64,000 nucleotides of DNA, taken from NCBI GenBank assembly GCA_966211965.1, contig CBIHON010000017.1, forward strand, positions 3,482 to 67,481, read 5' to 3'. The notes under the pieces were generated by a model. It was not told where the DNA came from. It ran no database searches and worked only from the letters and a program-made list of their open reading frames with translations. Position numbers and translations under genes: made by a program. Origin of the DNA: an uncultured Burkholderiales bacterium (lineage in GTDB: Bacteria; Pseudomonadota; Gammaproteobacteria; Burkholderiales; Burkholderiaceae_D). Below, piece by piece: positions 60,128 to 64,000 of this stretch. Position 1 is the stretch's first letter; each line of letters starts with the position of its first letter.

Positions 60128-61338
60128 GCTGGCTTCGGTGCTGCATAAGGGAGGACGCGTACCGCGCCGAATATCAGGATCCCGAGCGTACAAGAGATCA
60201 GCGCTAGCGGATACAGCGTGCCGTTGACGGTCGCGCCCACCACGCTGCCGACCAGCAGCGCCACCAGCATGTAGAGCGCGCCCATCAGGCCGGCGGCGGT
60301 GCCGGCCTGCTGCTGAAACGGCGAGACCGAGCCCGATTGGGCGATCGGGAAATTGATGCCGTGTCCGCACATGGTCAGGAACATCGCGATCGACACCAGC
60401 GACCAGTGCCCGGCGCCGGCCGTCACCGCGCAGAGGAACAGCAGACCTGCCGCCAGCGAGACCGCACTGCCGACGCGAAAGGTACGGGCAGCGCCGCGCC
60501 TGGGCAGCATGCGGCGGCAAAGAATCGTGCCCCACATATAACCCGACACGCCGAACGCGAAGCAATAGCCGAACCATTCGGTCGGTACCTGCAGGATGCG
60601 GATCAACACGAAGGATGAGCCGGAGATGAATGAGAAAATCGAACCGTAGGACAGGGCGCCGGGTAAAGCATGCGCCCAGAATTCACGCGAGCCGAGTACC
60701 AGACGGTAATTGCCAAGCAATCCCGACAAATCGGTGGCGCGCGGATTTTTGTGGACATTGGTTTCCGGCAGCAGTAGGAAAGTGATCGCCAGCAGGCAGG
60801 CCGAAAAAATCCCGAGCGCGGCGAACGCGGCACGCCAGCCGAAAGCGACTTGCAGGTAAGAGCCGAGTATCGGGCCGAAGATCGGCGCCAGCGAGAACCA
60901 GGTGCTGGCCCTGGCGATGACCCGCACGCCGTCCTGCTGCGCATAGGCGTCGCGCACGATGGCGCGCGCCACGATCACGGCTGAGCAACAGCCCAGTGCC
61001 TGCAGAAAGCGTGCTGCGATCAACAGGGCGATCGACTGCGCCAGTCCGCACAAGGCCGATGCGATCACATACAGCGCGAGGCCGTACAGTAAAACCGGAC
61101 GTCGTCCGAAGCGGTCCGACAACGGGCCGACGATCAGTTGCGCGCAACCGAAACCGGTAACGAACAGCGACAGCGTGAGCTGCACCGTCGAGGTCGACAC
61201 GCCGAATCCGCTCGCCAGACTCGGCAGCGACGCCAGGTAGAGGTCGGTCGACAAGGGCTGCATCATCAGGTACGCGGTGATCAGGATCAGCAGCGGGGCG
61301 TGGGCGTATGCGGGAAGTGGACTGATGCTTGAGCTCAT
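60124..61338 (-). CDS. MFS transporter (Bcr/CflA-like drug-efflux subfamily)
   Basis: 404 aa with 12 TM helices and motif A ([14 protein letters not shown]). Its stop overlaps the miaA start (ATGA). Confidence 0.8.
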   Translation of the reverse strand: MSSSISPLPAYAHAPLLILITAYLMMQPLSTDLYLASLPSLASGFGVSTSTVQLTLSLFVTGFGCAQLIVGPLSDRFGRRPVLLYGLALYVIASALCGLAQSIALLIAARFLQALGCCSAVIVARAIVRDAYAQQDGVRVIARASTWFSLAPIFGPILGSYLQVAFGWRAAFAALGIFSACLLAITFLLLPETNVHKNPRATDLSGLLGNYRLVLGSREFWAHALPGALSYGSIFSFISGSSFVLIRILQVPTEWFGYCFAFGVSGYMWGTILCRRMLPRRGAARTFRVGSAVSLAAGLLFLCAVTAGAGHWSLVSIAMFLTMCGHGINFPIAQSGSVSPFQQQAGTAAGLMGALYMLVALLVGSVVGATVNGTLYPLALISCTLGILIFGAVRVLPYAAPKPA

Positions 61339-61420
61339 TGATATTTGTTGTAAATATTCTGATTCCGGTTACGGCATGTCGCCCGCACAGCAGCGCACGC
61401 TACGAATGGGCATTTGCCGG

Positions 61421-63238
61421 CTACTGTCCACGCATGAATAACTTGTCCAAATCCCCCAAGGCCATTTGCACCCAGGTCGGCCGTCCGTGGTTGCATTGAT
61501 CCGCGCGCTCGGTCGCTTCCATCTGCCGCAGCAGCGCGTTCATCTCCGGCACGGTCAGCGCGCGGTTCGCGCGCACCGCGGTATGGCAAGCCAGCGTGCC
61601 GAGCAATTCATTGCGCCGTTCCAGCAGCACGCGCGAGCCGCCGAACTCCCGCACGTCGCGCAACACATCGCGCGCCAGCGTCTGCGCATCGGCATTCTTG
61701 AGCAGCGCGGGAACTGCGCGTACCGCCAGCGTGGTCGGCGACAGTACCGCGATGTCGAAGCCGAGCGATTGCAGGATGTCCTGGTTTTCTTCGGCCGTGC
61801 CGACCTCGACCGCATCGGCATAAAACGTCATCGGAATCAGCAGCGGCTGTACCTGCATTGCATCGGCATCGAGTGCGTTCTTCAGTTGCTCGTACAGGAT
61901 GCGTTCGTGCGCGGCGTGCATGTCTACCAACACCAAACCCTTGCTGTTCTGCGCCAGCACATAGATGCCGTGCAGTTGCGCCAGCGCGAAGCCGAGCGGG
62001 AACTCGTCCGCCGGCAGCGGCTGTGCCGAAGCTTGCGTTGACGGTTGAAACGCCGGTGCGGGTATTTCGCGTGCGGCGCCGTCGGCAAACAGCGCGCCGT
62101 AGTTGGCCACGCTCTGTCCGACACCCGGCGCGGCTGAAAACTGCGCGCCAAAAGAAGATTGCTGCTGTTCCCTGATCCATGGCATCGGCGCATTCGGCTT
62201 GACCGGCGCCGGGGCCGGCGCAGTGCCGAAGGCAGTGGCGGAAGTCTGCGCGAGCGCCCGGCTCACCGCATGGAAGACGAATTGGTGCACCGCCCGGCTG
62301 TCGCGAAAACGCACTTCGATCTTGGACGGGTGAACATTGACGTCGACCAGCGCCGGGTCGAGATCGAGGCTCAAGACGTAAGACGGATAACGGTCGCCAT
62401 GCAGCACATCCTGGTAGGCCGCGCGCACCGCATGGGTCAGCAGCTTGTCGCGCACGAAGCGGCCGTTGACGTAAAAATATTGGGCATCGGCGCGCGCCTT
62501 GGATGCCGTCGGCAAGCCGACATACCCATGCAGGCGCAAGGGCCCGGCCGCTTCTTCCAGCGCCAGCCGCGCTTCGGCGAATTCGCCGCCGAGAATATGC
62601 GCGCTGCGCTTGGCGACTTCGCTCACATTCCAGTGGTCGACCGTCTTGCCGTTATGCGATAGCGAGAAGGCGACGTCCGGACGCGACAAGGCGATGCGGC
62701 GCACGACCTCGGCGCAATGACCGAATTCGGTTTGTTCGGACTTCAGGAACTTGCGCCGCGCCGGCGTGTTGAAATACAAATCCTGCACATCGACGGTCGT
62801 GCCCGGCGCGCCGGAAGAGGGCGTGACTGCGCCCGATGAGCCGCTGATTTCCCAGGCATGGGCGGCATCGGCAGTACGTGAAGTCAGCGTCAGTAGCGCC
62901 ACCGATGCGATCGATGCCAGCGCTTCGCCGCGGAAGCCGAGCGTCGCGACGTTTTCCAGATCGGTCAGCGAGGCGATCTTGGAAGTGGCGTGCCGTGCCA
63001 GCGCCAACGGCAACTGCTCGGCTGCGATGCCGCGTCCATTGTCGGTGATCGCGATGCGTTTGACGCCGCCTTGCTCCAGTCGCACAGTGATGTTGGTCGC
63101 ACCCGCATCGAGCGCATTTTCGAGCAATTCCTTGACGACGGCGGAGGGCCGTTCGACCACTTCACCCGCGGCGATTTGCGAAATTAACTGGTCGGGCAGG
63201 GGCTGGATCGGGCGTGCGGGAAGGTGAGGGGCGTTCAT
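61421..63238 (-). CDS. mutL: DNA mismatch repair protein MutL
   Basis: ORF 61421..63616. The true start MNAPHLPARPIQPLPDQLISQIAAGEVVERPSAVVKELLENALDAGAT (GHKL ATPase) is at 63238. The C-terminal dimerisation domain is present. Confidence 0.9.
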   Translation of the reverse strand: MNAPHLPARPIQPLPDQLISQIAAGEVVERPSAVVKELLENALDAGATNITVRLEQGGVKRIAITDNGRGIAAEQLPLALARHATSKIASLTDLENVATLGFRGEALASIASVALLTLTSRTADAAHAWEISGSSGAVTPSSGAPGTTVDVQDLYFNTPARRKFLKSEQTEFGHCAEVVRRIALSRPDVAFSLSHNGKTVDHWNVSEVAKRSAHILGGEFAEARLALEEAAGPLRLHGYVGLPTASKARADAQYFYVNGRFVRDKLLTHAVRAAYQDVLHGDRYPSYVLSLDLDPALVDVNVHPSKIEVRFRDSRAVHQFVFHAVSRALAQTSATAFGTAPAPAPVKPNAPMPWIREQQQSSFGAQFSAAPGVGQSVANYGALFADGAAREIPAPAFQPSTQASAQPLPADEFPLGFALAQLHGIYVLAQNSKGLVLVDMHAAHERILYEQLKNALDADAMQVQPLLIPMTFYADAVEVGTAEENQDILQSLGFDIAVLSPTTLAVRAVPALLKNADAQTLARDVLRDVREFGGSRVLLERRNELLGTLACHTAVRANRALTVPEMNALLRQMEATERADQCNHGRPTWVQMALGDLDKLFMRGQ

Positions 63239-63359
63239 TATGAGATTATAGCGCTGGGCCAATGCTGCCCGCCCACTGCCGCTTGGCCGGACACCCCGGC
63301 GCCTGCTATTTATTGGCCGGACTGGTAGTGTATGATTCCCGCCGCAACCAAGGAGAATT

Positions 63360-64000
63360 ATGGATTTCATGCAATTTCTCGAGATGATTTTGCACGTCGA
63401 CAAGACGCTTGGCATTCTCATCGAGCAATATGGCACGCTGGTATACATCGTGCTGTTCGCAATTGTTTTTTGCGAAACCGGACTGGTGGTATTTCCCTTC
63501 TTGCCAGGAGACACCTTGCTCTTCATCGGCGGCGCATTTTGTGCGACCGGCGCGATGAATATCTGGCTCTTGATGGGGCTGCTGGTCGCCGCAGCCGTCA
63601 GCGGCAATACCGTCAACTACTGGATCGGCAACGCAATCGGCCATAAGGTATTTACTCACGACTACAAATGGCTGGACAAGGCGGCGCTGCAAAAGACGCA
63701 TGCCTTCTATGAAAAGCACGGCGGCAAGACCATCGTGCTGTCGCGTTTCGTGCCGATTGTGCGGACCTTTGCCCCTTTCGTCGCCGGCGTATCGGAAATG
63801 ACGCACGTCAACTTTCAGATCTTCAACGTTGCCGGGGCCCTGTTGTGGGTCGTGGGGCTGGTGGCGGGCGGGTACTTCTTCGGCAATATTCCGATCATTC
63901 GCGATCACCTGAACACGATCGTCCTGCTGGGCGTCGGCGCGGCGGTCATTCCGCTTGCGCTCGGCGGCTTGTGGAAGTTTTACCGGAAGATGGCGCGCAA
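63360..64000 (+). CDS. DedA-family inner-membrane protein (YqjA/YghB-like), truncated by the window end
   Basis: AAGGAGAA RBS then the ATG at 63360. The sequence is MDFMQFLEMILHVDK...FLPGDTLLF...GNTVNYWIG, and the reading frame stays open to the edge. Confidence 0.8.
   Translation, partial: MDFMQFLEMILHVDKTLGILIEQYGTLVYIVLFAIVFCETGLVVFPFLPGDTLLFIGGAFCATGAMNIWLLMGLLVAAAVSGNTVNYWIGNAIGHKVFTHDYKWLDKAALQKTHAFYEKHGGKTIVLSRFVPIVRTFAPFVAGVSEMTHVNFQIFNVAGALLWVVGLVAGGYFFGNIPIIRDHLNTIVLLGVGAAVIPLALGGLWKFYRKMAR

Noticed and set aside
60128-60577. N-terminal 150-aa extension of the miaA ORF
   Set aside because: The extension is R/G/A-rich and overlaps the MFS gene; the conserved MiaA sequence begins at [19 protein letters not shown] with a proper start.
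63239-63616. N-terminal 126-aa extension of the mutL ORF
   Set aside because: The MutL GHKL domain begins at MNAPHLP...; the upstream part lies in the divergent dedA promoter region.

Overview
This is a high-GC window of roughly 60-65% G+C, most likely from a betaproteobacterium of the order Burkholderiales. It is largely core genome: a partial pepP followed by murU and amgK (cell-wall recycling), then the divergent lptD-surA-pdxA-rsmA operon. A long minus-strand housekeeping array runs lnt-corC(ybeX)-ybeY-ybeZ-miaB and glyQ-glyS-gmhB-plsC-ygjP-like-gloA. The housekeeping sigma factor gene rpoD follows, with a long N-terminal extension. Further on are an RND efflux operon (MFP-RND-OMF) beside a LysR regulator, and a cyoABCD-surf1 terminal-oxidase operon fused to a RegB/RegA-type two-component system. 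A mutL-MFS-miaA array and one tRNA-Met(CAT) close the window. No CRISPR array, integrase or transposase was seen.

The strongest candidate for an undescribed system is a seven-gene minus-strand operon at 24927-35361. In order it encodes a YjfI-like protein, a PspA/IM30 (ESCRT-III-like) protein, a small coupled ORF, an NfeD/YqiJ-like membrane protein, a large flotillin, a tandem zf-TFIIB zinc-ribbon protein, and a giant ~1760-aa protein that ends in a single AAA+ ATPase domain. Its sigma70-like promoter carries two 13-bp GACAT-N3-ATGTC operator palindromes over the -35 element and the predicted transcription start.

Secondary signals are listed below. A 1.4-kb AT-rich insert lies immediately upstream of rpoD. 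It carries a coiled-coil, lysine-rich small protein, two intrinsic terminators, a possible sRNA and a hairpin in the rpoD leader. Two exceptionally long perfect palindromes (28 bp and 26 bp stems) sit in intergenic DNA. A catalytically dead esterase homologue precedes the RND operon. An intrinsic terminator sits between the MFP and RND pump genes. Two small convergent DNA-binding ORFs lie between the efflux and regulator genes. Many long ORFs in the six-frame track are antisense or shifted-frame artefacts of the high GC and were rejected.
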